NCBI GenBank assembly: GCA_018268195.1 | Contig: JAFDWZ010000028.1 | Span: forward strand, 18,974 to 82,973 | Source of the DNA: Bacteroidota bacterium | GTDB lineage: Bacteria; Bacteroidota; Bacteroidia; AKYH767-A; OLB10 | Direction: 5' to 3' | DNA: 64,000 nucleotides | Part shown: positions 9,958 through 19,445 of the stretch, one piece after another | Position numbering within the stretch: position 1 is the first letter of the stretch | Layout of the letters: every line of letters begins with the position of its first letter | Translations under genes and position numbers: made by a program | The notes under the pieces: generated by a model | Told to the model about the DNA's origin: nothing | The model's input: only the letters and a program-made list of their open reading frames with translations | Databases searched by the model: none

Positions 9958-11364
9958 GTGACTTTAATAAAATCTATTTCAGGAATCAGAGGGACGATAG
10001 GAGGAAAGGCAGGTGAAGCGCTCACGCCTTTTGATGTAGTAAAATTTTCTGCAGCCTATGCAACCTGGCTGCTGGGGCAATATCCTCCTAAAACAAAATG
10101 TAAAATAGTATTAGGACGCGATGCTCGTATCAGCGGACCTATGGTGCATCAATTGGTTTGCGGTACCCTTAATGCAAAAGGTATTGACGTGATTGATGTA
10201 GGTTTGTCAACCACTCCAACCGTTGAAATGGCAGTAACTTTTCATCAGGCACATGGAGGTATAATACTGACGGCAAGCCACAACCCTAAACAATGGAATG
10301 CACTTAAATTGCTTAATAGCAAAGGCGAATTTATTTCAGCTAATGACGGAGAGCAATTGCTGCGCTTAGCTGAAAGCGATAATATGGAGTTTGCGCAGAT
10401 AAATCAGATTGGCAGCGTGACGAAAGATGATACCGCCATTCAAAAACATATTGATGCAATACTTGCTTTGCCCTTGGTAAACCGAAAAGCTATTGCAGAG
10501 AAAAAATTTAAAGTAGTTATTGACTGCGTAAACTCTTCAGGCGGTATTGCATTGCCACCATTGCTCAAGGCACTGGGTGTGGAAGAAGTTACAGAGTTGT
10601 ACTGCACACCTGACGGAAATTTCCCTCACAACCCCGAGCCACTGCCCGAACACCTTACTGATTTAAGTAAAACAGTTATTAAAAGCAAAGCACATCTCGG
10701 TATAAGTGTTGACCCTGATGTGGACAGGCTTGCATTAGTATGTGAGGATGGCGAAATGTTTGGCGAAGAATATACACTTGTGGCAGTAGCTGATTACGTA
10801 TTAAAACATAATAAAGGAAATACAGTAAGTAATCTTTCATCAACACGTGCGCTGCGCGATGTTACCGAAAAAGCAGGAGGCACTTATTACGCTTCTGCCG
10901 TTGGCGAAGTAAATGTGGTGGAGATGATGAAAGAAAAACAGGCAGTGATAGGAGGCGAAGGCAACGGAGGAGTAATTTATCCCGAACTTCATTATGGTCG
11001 TGATGCCCTTGCCGGAATCGCGCTCTTTCTGAGCCATCTTGCACTTTATGGCAAATCCGTTTCAATGCTGAGGTCATCCTATCCTGATTATTTTATTTCG
11101 AAAAATAAAATAGAACTCACTCCTGAAATAAGTGTGGATGGAGTGCTGGAATCAATGAAAGAAAAATATAAAAAGCATAAAATAAATACGATTGACGGAG
11201 TGAAAATAGAGTTTGATAAAGAGTGGGTACATCTTCGAAAATCAAATACCGAACCTATCATTCGAATTTATGCTGAAAGTGAAAGTCTGACAACAGCAGA
11301 AAACTTAGCAGAAAAAATTATCCTGGATATTAAAGAAGTCATTAGCCATCCGGTGAAAGCCTGA
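9958..11364 (+). CDS. glmM: Phosphoglucosamine mutase / phosphohexomutase
   Basis: GIRGTIGG at the N-terminus, the active-site phosphoserine loop TASHNP and a metal-binding DPDVDR loop. GTG start. Confidence 0.8.
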   Translation: MTLIKSISGIRGTIGGKAGEALTPFDVVKFSAAYATWLLGQYPPKTKCKIVLGRDARISGPMVHQLVCGTLNAKGIDVIDVGLSTTPTVEMAVTFHQAHGGIILTASHNPKQWNALKLLNSKGEFISANDGEQLLRLAESDNMEFAQINQIGSVTKDDTAIQKHIDAILALPLVNRKAIAEKKFKVVIDCVNSSGGIALPPLLKALGVEEVTELYCTPDGNFPHNPEPLPEHLTDLSKTVIKSKAHLGISVDPDVDRLALVCEDGEMFGEEYTLVAVADYVLKHNKGNTVSNLSSTRALRDVTEKAGGTYYASAVGEVNVVEMMKEKQAVIGGEGNGGVIYPELHYGRDALAGIALFLSHLALYGKSVSMLRSSYPDYFISKNKIELTPEISVDGVLESMKEKYKKHKINTIDGVKIEFDKEWVHLRKSNTEPIIRIYAESESLTTAENLAEKIILDIKEVISHPVKA

Positions 11365-11395
11365 TGTCACATTTTCTAACACGAATCAAATTACA

Positions 11396-12541
11396 ATGAA
11401 AGTTTATTTTGATAATGCTGCCACCACACCACTCAGGCAGGAAGTTATTGATGCAATGTTGCCAATCATGCAGAATGTTTATGGCAACCCATCATCCATA
11501 CACTCTTACGGAAGAGAAATGCGCTCAGCTATTGAAGCAGCACGTAAGACTATAGCCAGACTGCTGAAGGTTGCTCCTTCAGAGATTTTTTTCACCTCCG
11601 GAGGTACGGAATCCAACAATATGGCACTGCGCTGCAGTATTAACGACCATAAAATTACACATGCAATTTCATCGCGGATTGAACACCATGCCGTAACTCA
11701 TACACTTGAAGATTTAGAACACAAAGGTGTGCTGAAGGTGAGTTGGGTAAATCTTACTTCCGAGGGTGAAGTGGATTATGCTAATCTGGAAGAGTTGCTG
11801 AAAAACAATCCGAGATCGCTGGTATCACTCATGCATGCCAATAATGAATTGGGCACTCTGAATGACATTGACCGCATTGGTGAACTCTGTAAACAATACA
11901 ATGCTATTTTTCATTGTGATACCGTGCAGGCAATCGGGCATTTCCCACATGACTTGAGTAAGACTCATGTTGATTTTGTTTCATGTGCAGCACATAAATT
12001 TCATGGCCCGAAAGGAGTTGGATTTATTTATATCAGTAACCGGTTGAAAATTTCACCAATGATTACGGGCGGTGCACAGGAACGCAACATGCGTGGCGGA
12101 ACTGAAAATGCTTACGGCATTGTAGGTCTTGCCAAAGCAATGGAATTGGCTTATAGCGAAATGGGCGAAGACGCCAAAAAAATTTCAGGACTGAAACAAT
12201 ACATGATAAAACGCCTTAGAGAAGAAATTCCGGGAGTCAAATTTAATGGTAACATTAGTGACAATAGTTTATTCACCGTGCTGAACGTTTCTTTACCTCC
12301 GCATAGCGGCAAGGAAATGCTTTTATTCAATCTCGATATTGCAGGCATAGCAGCTTCAGGTGGTAGCGCTTGCTCATCGGGAAGTGAAATAGGCTCGCAC
12401 GTATTGGCAGGTATTCACGCTGATCCGGAAAGACCTGCTGTGCGTTTTTCTTTCTCAAGATACAATACAAAAGACGAAGTAGATTACTGCGTAGAGAAAC
12501 TGAAAGAGTTTTTCGCTGTACAGGCTGAAGTAAAACACTGA
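11396..12541 (+). CDS. Cysteine desulfurase (class V aminotransferase, NifS/IscS-like)
   Basis: The N-terminus reads MKVYFDNAATTP. Also has SGGTESNN, the PLP lysine in SCAAHKFHGPKGVG and the catalytic Cys loop SSGSACSS. Confidence 0.85.
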   Translation: MKVYFDNAATTPLRQEVIDAMLPIMQNVYGNPSSIHSYGREMRSAIEAARKTIARLLKVAPSEIFFTSGGTESNNMALRCSINDHKITHAISSRIEHHAVTHTLEDLEHKGVLKVSWVNLTSEGEVDYANLEELLKNNPRSLVSLMHANNELGTLNDIDRIGELCKQYNAIFHCDTVQAIGHFPHDLSKTHVDFVSCAAHKFHGPKGVGFIYISNRLKISPMITGGAQERNMRGGTENAYGIVGLAKAMELAYSEMGEDAKKISGLKQYMIKRLREEIPGVKFNGNISDNSLFTVLNVSLPPHSGKEMLLFNLDIAGIAASGGSACSSGSEIGSHVLAGIHADPERPAVRFSFSRYNTKDEVDYCVEKLKEFFAVQAEVKH

Positions 12542-12545
12542 TGAC

Positions 12546-13058
12546 ATGAAGGAGGATTCCAACCTCATTCATAATCCACAGGAAGTCGAACGGTTGGCAC
12601 GACAGAAGGAAGAAGCTACTCTTGTTTTCCTCCAAACACTGAAATCACAGCACCGCTCAAAAGAAATTGATGAGACAGTACATCAGCTCAACAATGAAAT
12701 TTCGGAACAGATAGACTGTATCGCCTGTGCTAATTGTTGCAAAGTGCTCAATCCTGCATTTTCAGAGGATGATATCATTGTTATTTCGCAGTATTTCCAG
12801 CAATCACCTGAGTCATTTACCGAAAAACATTTGCATTATAACGAAACAGAAAATTATGGGGTGATGAAAAACAGACCTTGCGATTTTCTGAAAGATAATA
12901 AATGCACTATTTATGCCAGCAGACCTGAGTCTTGCAAGGAGTACCCTCATCTCAACCGCCCGAATTTTATTTATCGTATCCGAAGTACGATGAATAATTA
13001 TAAGATGTGTCCGATAGTTTATAATGTGGTAGAGCTGTTGAAAAGGAAATTTACCTAG
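12546..13058 (+). CDS. YkgJ-family (UPF0153) cysteine-cluster protein, putative Fe-S/zinc-binding
   Basis: C-x2-C-x2-CC (CIACANCC) plus downstream conserved Cys residues. It starts 4 nt after the cysteine desulfurase stop. Confidence 0.5.
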   Translation: MKEDSNLIHNPQEVERLARQKEEATLVFLQTLKSQHRSKEIDETVHQLNNEISEQIDCIACANCCKVLNPAFSEDDIIVISQYFQQSPESFTEKHLHYNETENYGVMKNRPCDFLKDNKCTIYASRPESCKEYPHLNRPNFIYRIRSTMNNYKMCPIVYNVVELLKRKFT

Positions 13059-13158
13059 CATAATTTCTCTCAAACAAATAAATTACCGACAGCAATTTTA
13101 CATGGAATCTTAGCTAATTGAAAGGAATTTGTTACCTTTAGAGTCAAAATCTACTTAT

Positions 13159-15453
13159 ATGAAAAATAAATTTCACTACTTTTTATTGCTGTTCAGTTTG
13201 AGTATTGTTCATTCGATGCTATATGCTAATGGGAACAATAAAAAATCTTCTGCCGGAACCGGTGCACAGAGTTGTCCGCTAACCATGCAGGTAATCTATG
13301 ATTCACCGAAACATTGCACGGGAGAACTGGTTTCATTGAGAGCGATGCCTAATAACGTTAATGCCACTTATTCCTGGACATGCCCCGGAGGTAATTGCCC
13401 CATAGGTTTTAATGCCAATATCTACAATCCAAGTTTTCTGGCTCCTGCTAACCTGTCAGGCAATGGCATGTATTATGTTACGTATAATGACAACAATGGG
13501 TGCATTTCTGTTGACAGTATTCTTGTTGAAAGTAATCCACGCGCTTACGCTGTTGTAAGTTATCAGTTCTTAGGCAACTGCCCCGGTGACAGTGTGATGT
13601 TTTGTGCAGTGGATACAACTGCCGGAAGCGTGATTACTTCCTATCAATGGTATGGAATGACAGACACGGCAGCGTGTATTACCAGGCTAAGAAATGAATT
13701 TATAAACCAGCAGCTACCTCAGGTGTTTATCACCAATAGTTTTGGATGCACTTCCAATAACTTCATCATGTTTTCTATTCCTCCAACAGGCCCTGAACCG
13801 GATACTACGGTTACCATTACCGGCAACACACAGTTTTGTCCGGGCGACAGTGTGATACTGTGCGCAAACGGAGCAAATGTGACTTCAACAGTATGGGATA
13901 ATGGCGATTCAGCTTTTTGTACCACTATCAACACATCGGGAGTATATACAGCCACTGTAAGTGCCTGGGGCGGATGCTCTAAACAAACATCACCGGTAAC
14001 GGTAACAGTGTTTCCGCAGTTGCTGGCACAGCTGAGTTTATCACCAAATAACGATACCATTTATTCCAATCTGAGCGGAAGTAATTATATGTGGTATTAT
14101 TCCGCTGACGGACAATCATACAGCAGTATATCTGCAAATGATAATTTTTACCTTAATCCTGCGAGTGGTTACTATTATCTTCAGTTTTATGACCAAAACG
14201 GATGTGTCATACTATCGGACACCATTTATGTAACCTGCCATATTCAGGCTTATGGAAGTACTTTCTATAATTGTTCAGGTGATTTATATAATTTGTCTGT
14301 TTCTCCCTACAACCCGGGTTCTACTTATTTATGGACATGCCCCGGAGGAGTTTGCCCAAATATGTTTGATCCCAGCAGCAGTATTAGTTCTTTCATCGTA
14401 CCGAGTGACTTGTCGTGCAATGGAATGTACTATGTTACCGTGACTGATTCGAATGGATGTGTGGCAACGGATAGTGTCTTCGTAAATTGTCATTATCGCC
14501 CTTTTGCTTTAGTTAGCTTTCAGTTTTTAGGTAATTGCCCTGGCGACAGTGTGACCTTCTGCGTACATGATACACTGCCGGGGAGTGTGATTACTTCATA
14601 TCTGTGGGACGGCTGGAATAATGATACTACTGAATGTATAACAGTGTTGCGCAAGGTATTTTTTACTCAGCATATCCCACAGGTACAGATTACCAATAGT
14701 GATGGTTGTACATCTAATAATTCAATTATGCTATTTGTTTCTCCAACTGGCCCTGAACCGGATACTACGGTTACCATTACCGGCAACACACAGTTTTGTC
14801 CGGGCGACAGTGTGATACTGTGTGCAAACGGAGCAAATGCGACTTCAACTGTATGGGATAATGGCGATTCAGCTTTTTGTACTACTATCAGCACATCGGG
14901 AGTATATTCAGCCACTGTAAGCGGCTGGGGTGGATGCTCTAAACAAACATCACCGGTAACGGTAACAGTGTTTCCGCAGTTGCAGGCACATCTGAGTTTA
15001 TCACCCAATAACGATACCATTTATTCCAATCTGAGCGGAAGTAATTATATGTGGTATTATTCTGTTGACGGGCAGAGCTACAGCAGCACTCCTGCAAATA
15101 GCAACTATATTCCGGTAACAACCTTTGGCTACTACTACTTACAGTTTACGGATACAAACGGATGCACAGCATTTTCGGATACGCTCGCTGTTACTGGCAT
15201 CAGGGAATTGGATGCCGGGCTTTTGATTTATCCCAACCCTGTAACAGATGTTTTAACAATTATCTTTCCACCTGAACTGGCTGATTCTTTTATAGAAATG
15301 TATGAGGTGTCAGGCAAACGGATTCTTATTCAGCGATTGACTTCCGAAGGAAAATTGCAGATGAATGTCAGTTCCTTTGCTTCAGGAATTTATTATCTGC
15401 ACATCACCACTGATAATGGAGTTGTAACACGCAAAATTGCAATCAGACGTTAG
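13159..15453 (+). CDS. T9SS-secreted Cys-rich surface protein with an internal ~320-aa tandem duplication and a C-terminal Por secretion tail
   Basis: Signal peptide MKNKFHYFLLLFSLSIVHSMLYA; the ORF-track start at 13129 is an upstream TTG. A type-A T9SS CTD is present (LIYPNPVTDVLTI...YEVSGKRI...GIYYLHITTDNG). Two ~960-nt copies share a near-identical core. Confidence 0.75.
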   Translation: MKNKFHYFLLLFSLSIVHSMLYANGNNKKSSAGTGAQSCPLTMQVIYDSPKHCTGELVSLRAMPNNVNATYSWTCPGGNCPIGFNANIYNPSFLAPANLSGNGMYYVTYNDNNGCISVDSILVESNPRAYAVVSYQFLGNCPGDSVMFCAVDTTAGSVITSYQWYGMTDTAACITRLRNEFINQQLPQVFITNSFGCTSNNFIMFSIPPTGPEPDTTVTITGNTQFCPGDSVILCANGANVTSTVWDNGDSAFCTTINTSGVYTATVSAWGGCSKQTSPVTVTVFPQLLAQLSLSPNNDTIYSNLSGSNYMWYYSADGQSYSSISANDNFYLNPASGYYYLQFYDQNGCVILSDTIYVTCHIQAYGSTFYNCSGDLYNLSVSPYNPGSTYLWTCPGGVCPNMFDPSSSISSFIVPSDLSCNGMYYVTVTDSNGCVATDSVFVNCHYRPFALVSFQFLGNCPGDSVTFCVHDTLPGSVITSYLWDGWNNDTTECITVLRKVFFTQHIPQVQITNSDGCTSNNSIMLFVSPTGPEPDTTVTITGNTQFCPGDSVILCANGANATSTVWDNGDSAFCTTISTSGVYSATVSGWGGCSKQTSPVTVTVFPQLQAHLSLSPNNDTIYSNLSGSNYMWYYSVDGQSYSSTPANSNYIPVTTFGYYYLQFTDTNGCTAFSDTLAVTGIRELDAGLLIYPNPVTDVLTIIFPPELADSFIEMYEVSGKRILIQRLTSEGKLQMNVSSFASGIYYLHITTDNGVVTRKIAIRR

Positions 15454-15760
15454 TGTAGATTACTGAAATGTCCATCCTTCGGGATAAACACTTCGTGTGA
15501 AATTTTGAGTTTTTGATATGGCCCGAAGAATATTTTCTTTCGGAGTAATTCCTTGCTTTAACTTTATAGCCTTTATGTTTTCGAGAAGATTGCTCTGGGC
15601 TTCAGTTTTCGGAACAAAGTTGTTCATGTAGAAAAAAGTATTTCGCATGTGTGAAAATGTTGATTTGATGTATTACTGCCTGTGGTTATATCCGCTGTGT
15701 TGAACGGGATGAGGCAATAATAGGTTTCAAAAAAAACTTTACTCGAAAAAATTAATAGGA

Positions 15761-16993
15761 TTAGAATTTTGCGTTTCCGGCATCTGCTTGTCTAAACATG
15801 TTTTCGCTGATAGAAATTTTCATATCACGAAAATAGAACACGCCTCCCCAGTTATAAACAACTTTGCTGAATAGTGCAGTTTTATCGCCCACGGTTACAT
15901 GAACATTATAAACGGTACGCTTGTCTTCGCTGATAGTCTCACGCGTGATGGAAACATTTGCAGGAACTTGAGTGATTGACATCTGTTGAGCGGGTTTTGC
16001 CGGCTCCGTATTTTTTTCAGATTTAATTATTACTGCAGCATCATTCTTTTTTACATCGGCAGCGGGAGGTTGGTCTCGACCTCCTTTTTTGCTAATCTTT
16101 CCTTTCAATGCATCTTCACCTTGTTTGGGTTCAATAGGTTGTTTAATATCCTGACCTTTGTTTTCTGATAAATCAACCACTTGCTCATCTTCGCCACCGC
16201 TACTTTGTGCAGACTTAGATACATCCTCGCCACCTGCTGCCTTAGCTTGTTTTTTAGTAACATCCCTTTTCTTGTCAGTGGTTGTTGCCGGGCTTTCAGT
16301 TTTTGCAGGTGTTTTATTTTCGGCAGTATTTTCTACGGGAGTTTTTTCAGATACTTTATCAGCAGGTTTTTGAGTTTCCTTAGATTTAGGTTTTTCTTCC
16401 TGTTGCTGAGTTTTGTTTTTTGCAAGGGTGCTGTCAACAGCCGGTTTTGGCGGGTTTTTCTTAAATTCTTTTTCCGCACGTTTTAAATCTTCTTCAGCTT
16501 TTTGAATAGCTGATTGTATGGATTTGGTATAATCGGTATCATAGTCAAACTCATCATACTTCTTGGAATACGTTATTTTGGCAACAGGCTGATTAAACAC
16601 TACCACATTTACGCCTTCATACTGCTTGATGAGTACTACTGTAAAAGGATACGATTCAAACCCTTGCTCCACTCTTTCTTCATCATCAACAACGGTATTG
16701 ATATTTATTTTCTTGTTGATATATCCCGGTTTGTTGAATGACAAAACATAATCTGCCCCAATTTCAAGATTCAGGGTGTAGGACGATTGTCCCGGTAAAG
16801 TCTCAATGTTCTGTCCATCGCGTTGCAAAACCATGTAGGCATCTGAAAGGCTACCTCCACCTTCAATCTTGAATTTAGCAGTGATAGTAAGTGTTTTTTT
16901 TGTTTGGGCATAACCGATAGTTGTCGCCAAAGTGAAAAACAACAGAAATACTATCAGTATTTGTTGAAAACCAAACTTTGTTTTGGTAAACAT
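15761..16993 (-). CDS. Hypothetical secreted protein with a long Lys/Glu/Pro/Thr-rich low-complexity linker
   Basis: The likely start is the internal Met (MFTKTKFGFQQILIVFLLFFTLATTIGYAQ), which gives a signal peptide. A structured N-terminal domain is followed by about 200 aa of KE-rich disorder and a structured C-terminal domain ending in F. Confidence 0.5.
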   Translation of the reverse strand: MFTKTKFGFQQILIVFLLFFTLATTIGYAQTKKTLTITAKFKIEGGGSLSDAYMVLQRDGQNIETLPGQSSYTLNLEIGADYVLSFNKPGYINKKININTVVDDEERVEQGFESYPFTVVLIKQYEGVNVVVFNQPVAKITYSKKYDEFDYDTDYTKSIQSAIQKAEEDLKRAEKEFKKNPPKPAVDSTLAKNKTQQQEEKPKSKETQKPADKVSEKTPVENTAENKTPAKTESPATTTDKKRDVTKKQAKAAGGEDVSKSAQSSGGEDEQVVDLSENKGQDIKQPIEPKQGEDALKGKISKKGGRDQPPAADVKKNDAAVIIKSEKNTEPAKPAQQMSITQVPANVSITRETISEDKRTVYNVHVTVGDKTALFSKVVYNWGGVFYFRDMKISISENMFRQADAGNAKF

Positions 16994-17078
16994 TTGTAAT
17001 TTTATTCCGTTAAAGAAACCCAAACCGGTTGCAAAATTAATTATTTGACAAAAGCTTTTAAGAAGGTATTGCAAAAGA

Positions 17079-17570
17079 ATGAACACAGTTTACGAAAAAT
17101 TTAAAAAAGGGTTCCGGATGACGGGCAGGATGGTTTTGTTTCTAATGGTTTTCACTTGCGCTTCGCCTCTGAAGTTGTTGGCTCAGGAGAATATTACCAT
17201 GCAAAAAACTCTTGATTATCTGAATGAAAAATTCGGAGGGAAGTATGTGATTTCCGTTAATTACGGCACGGTCATAGCAACTTACTTTGACGGAAGTGAT
17301 AAATATCGGGAAGATCAGGCTTCAATTAAGGATTTGGATACAGCCAAAGTGTATTATAATTCCAAAACAAAAATGCTGATAGTAGGATGTTTCAATCCGC
17401 AGAAAAAATGCGTTACCCGAGAATTTCTGGGGAAACGTTTATTTTATGGCAGAATTAGTTTTCCGGTATCTTATAATCAGAAAACTACCGATGGATTGGT
17501 CAAAGCATTCAAACACATGATTAGGTTAGTTAATGAAAAAAATTATCAAAGCAATGAGCCATTTGAGTGA
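17079..17570 (+). CDS. Hypothetical secreted protein
   Basis: N-terminal hydrophobic signal (VLFLMVFTCASPLKLLAQ). It is first in a three-gene run whose stops and starts overlap. Confidence 0.45.
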   Translation: MNTVYEKFKKGFRMTGRMVLFLMVFTCASPLKLLAQENITMQKTLDYLNEKFGGKYVISVNYGTVIATYFDGSDKYREDQASIKDLDTAKVYYNSKTKMLIVGCFNPQKKCVTREFLGKRLFYGRISFPVSYNQKTTDGLVKAFKHMIRLVNEKNYQSNEPFE

Positions 17571-18102
17571 AGTCAGACTTCTTCTCATAGCAACTGTTAT
17601 ATCTTATGCTTCAGTATCAGTGAATGCACAAGCACTCACGGACGAGGTAAAGGTTTATACCGATTCACTGTTTAATCAGGGAAGGATAAAATACAACAAT
17701 GGAAAATATACTGAAGCACTGAACGATTTTAAGTCCATTTTACTTAAAGACTCCAAACACGTAAATGCTTTGCTACAGTGTGGGTTTTGCAATGCCATTC
17801 TTAAAAATTACAATGATGCAATTGAAGATTTTACGAGTGTAATTGCCTTACAGCCTGATCATGAATGGGCTTATGTGTCGAGAGGAAGTGCATATAATAA
17901 AACTGAGCAGTATGAGAAGGCTATGGATGATTTTAATGCCGCATTAAAACTTAAGCCGGATGATGCAGAAGCTTATAACAACAGAGGTTTCTCAAAGAAA
18001 ATGCTTGGTGATAAAAATGGTGCCTGCGAAGACTGGAATAAATCTAAAAAGCTAGGCAATGACGAAGCAAAAATTATTTTAAAAAACAATTATTGTAAAT
18101 GA
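17533..18102 (+). CDS. TPR-repeat secreted protein
   Basis: Signal peptide followed by at least three 34-aa TPR units (AL..F...L.....A......A....P....A...RG.AY). Its start overlaps the upstream gene. Confidence 0.6.
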   Translation: MKKIIKAMSHLSEVRLLLIATVISYASVSVNAQALTDEVKVYTDSLFNQGRIKYNNGKYTEALNDFKSILLKDSKHVNALLQCGFCNAILKNYNDAIEDFTSVIALQPDHEWAYVSRGSAYNKTEQYEKAMDDFNAALKLKPDDAEAYNNRGFSKKMLGDKNGACEDWNKSKKLGNDEAKIILKNNYCK

Positions 18103-18494
18103 AACAGATTGTCGGAACGGCTCTTTTGATTTTAACTGGTTTTGTTTCACTCACATCATTCAGGGCACAACAGGGCGAAAAAGACTATTCATCTTGCCTG
18201 AAAAAGGTACAAAAGAAATTTGGGGCTGAAACAAAAACCTGCCCGGCATCATCTAAGCCTTATAAGGTTTGGTTCGTTAACGATTGTAATGACACACTTG
18301 CAGTAAAACTAGCAGTTCAGGAAAAGTCAAAACACTGGCGCACTTTTACAAGGCTTCAATTACTTCCGGGAGATACTATTTCGGGTTATGCATGCAACAG
18401 CACAGGTAAATATCTTTACTATGCCAAGCAATATGCTGACAATTCAGTAGAGTTACCTTCGGACGAGGAGATTGACAGCAGTAATATTCACTGA
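18099..18494 (+). CDS. Hypothetical secreted protein
   Basis: Signal peptide MKQIVGTALLILTGFVSLTSFRAQ. The ATGA start/stop overlap with the TPR gene suggests translational coupling. Confidence 0.5.
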   Translation: MKQIVGTALLILTGFVSLTSFRAQQGEKDYSSCLKKVQKKFGAETKTCPASSKPYKVWFVNDCNDTLAVKLAVQEKSKHWRTFTRLQLLPGDTISGYACNSTGKYLYYAKQYADNSVELPSDEEIDSSNIH

Positions 18495-18548
18495 TTATTT
18501 GATTGCTAAAAATTGGTAGCTGACATTTTCTGTGAGTGAAAATGACAA

Positions 18549-19445
18549 TTAATTGCCCATAATTTTAGCATACTTTGTAGAGTTGGCAGGGTCAATTTCA
18601 TTCAGAAGATTTGTAACAGTTACTTTCTGATCGGGGTAAGCTCCTGAATAAATATTTACAATTTCATCTGCCTTGGCATAGAAAAGTGTTTGTAATAAAA
18701 GTGATCCCGGTTTTTCGCGATAGACATCCTTAAGATATCCAAGGCTCTCAGTTATATTACTTAGAGCATCATCTTTTTTCTTTGCCATCACATCAAGCCC
18801 TTTGATATGATATTGGTAAAACATTTCATGAAAAGGTTTAAACACCGGATTGGTGAGATTCTCAGCTAACCAATAGCGATTGCGTGTGCCTTCAAAAGCT
18901 CGCCATCCTGCCTCACGGGCATTCTGCATATTGTTAACTATGGTTTGAGCTTTTGCAAAAAATGGAGATCCTCCGTTTAAATGGTAACTATCGTAATCCA
19001 ATCCAAGAATAATGTAAGCATAGAATCCAAGAACCGCTGTAAGATTGGGGTTACTGCTGTTTTCGGTAAACTCCAGTGGCTGAAATTCGATATATTTAAA
19101 CTGAAAATTTTCATCGTTAAAATTCAGAATAGGCGAAAAGTAAGATGTACCATAAATAGGTCTGCGCGATGTTATTTGAATACTTCCTTTGAACTCGTCA
19201 TTGGAAACACGCTCATTTACCGTAATGGTTACTGAACATTCTATACGTTCCTGATTGAGAAATTTATCAGTGGTCCATTTGGTATTGTTCATAAACTCGA
19301 AGATGGCTTGCTGAAGTGTTTCAAATACTTTTTTGTCCACATTCTGTATTTGTGGAGCCATCACATTTATCTGGCAGTTCAGCTCCTGGGCATTTGTCCG
19401 CAATGCCGTTATAGCAAGAAATAATAAGACAATGGTTTTCTTCAT
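18549..19445 (-). CDS. Conserved Bacteroidota secreted protein (DUF4835-like), neighbour of coaBC
   Basis: Signal peptide (MKKTIVLLFLAITALRTNAQ), about 300 aa. Its position directly downstream of coaBC matches the conserved Bacteroidota arrangement. The family assignment is from memory and was not verified. Confidence 0.45.
   Translation of the reverse strand: MKKTIVLLFLAITALRTNAQELNCQINVMAPQIQNVDKKVFETLQQAIFEFMNNTKWTTDKFLNQERIECSVTITVNERVSNDEFKGSIQITSRRPIYGTSYFSPILNFNDENFQFKYIEFQPLEFTENSSNPNLTAVLGFYAYIILGLDYDSYHLNGGSPFFAKAQTIVNNMQNAREAGWRAFEGTRNRYWLAENLTNPVFKPFHEMFYQYHIKGLDVMAKKKDDALSNITESLGYLKDVYREKPGSLLLQTLFYAKADEIVNIYSGAYPDQKVTVTNLLNEIDPANSTKYAKIMGN

Noticed and set aside
13719-15020. 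Two near-identical 113/117-aa minus-strand ORFs (13719..14060 and 14667..15020)
   Set aside because: They are antisense images of the duplicated core of the T9SS cargo gene. Their similarity merely reflects the plus-strand duplication.
15986-16486. Overlapping plus-strand ORFs (60-101 aa) rich in F/L/S
   Set aside because: They are antisense to the Lys/Glu-rich low-complexity region of the 15761..16993 gene. AAG/GAA repeats read in reverse give long stop-free TTC/CTT frames.
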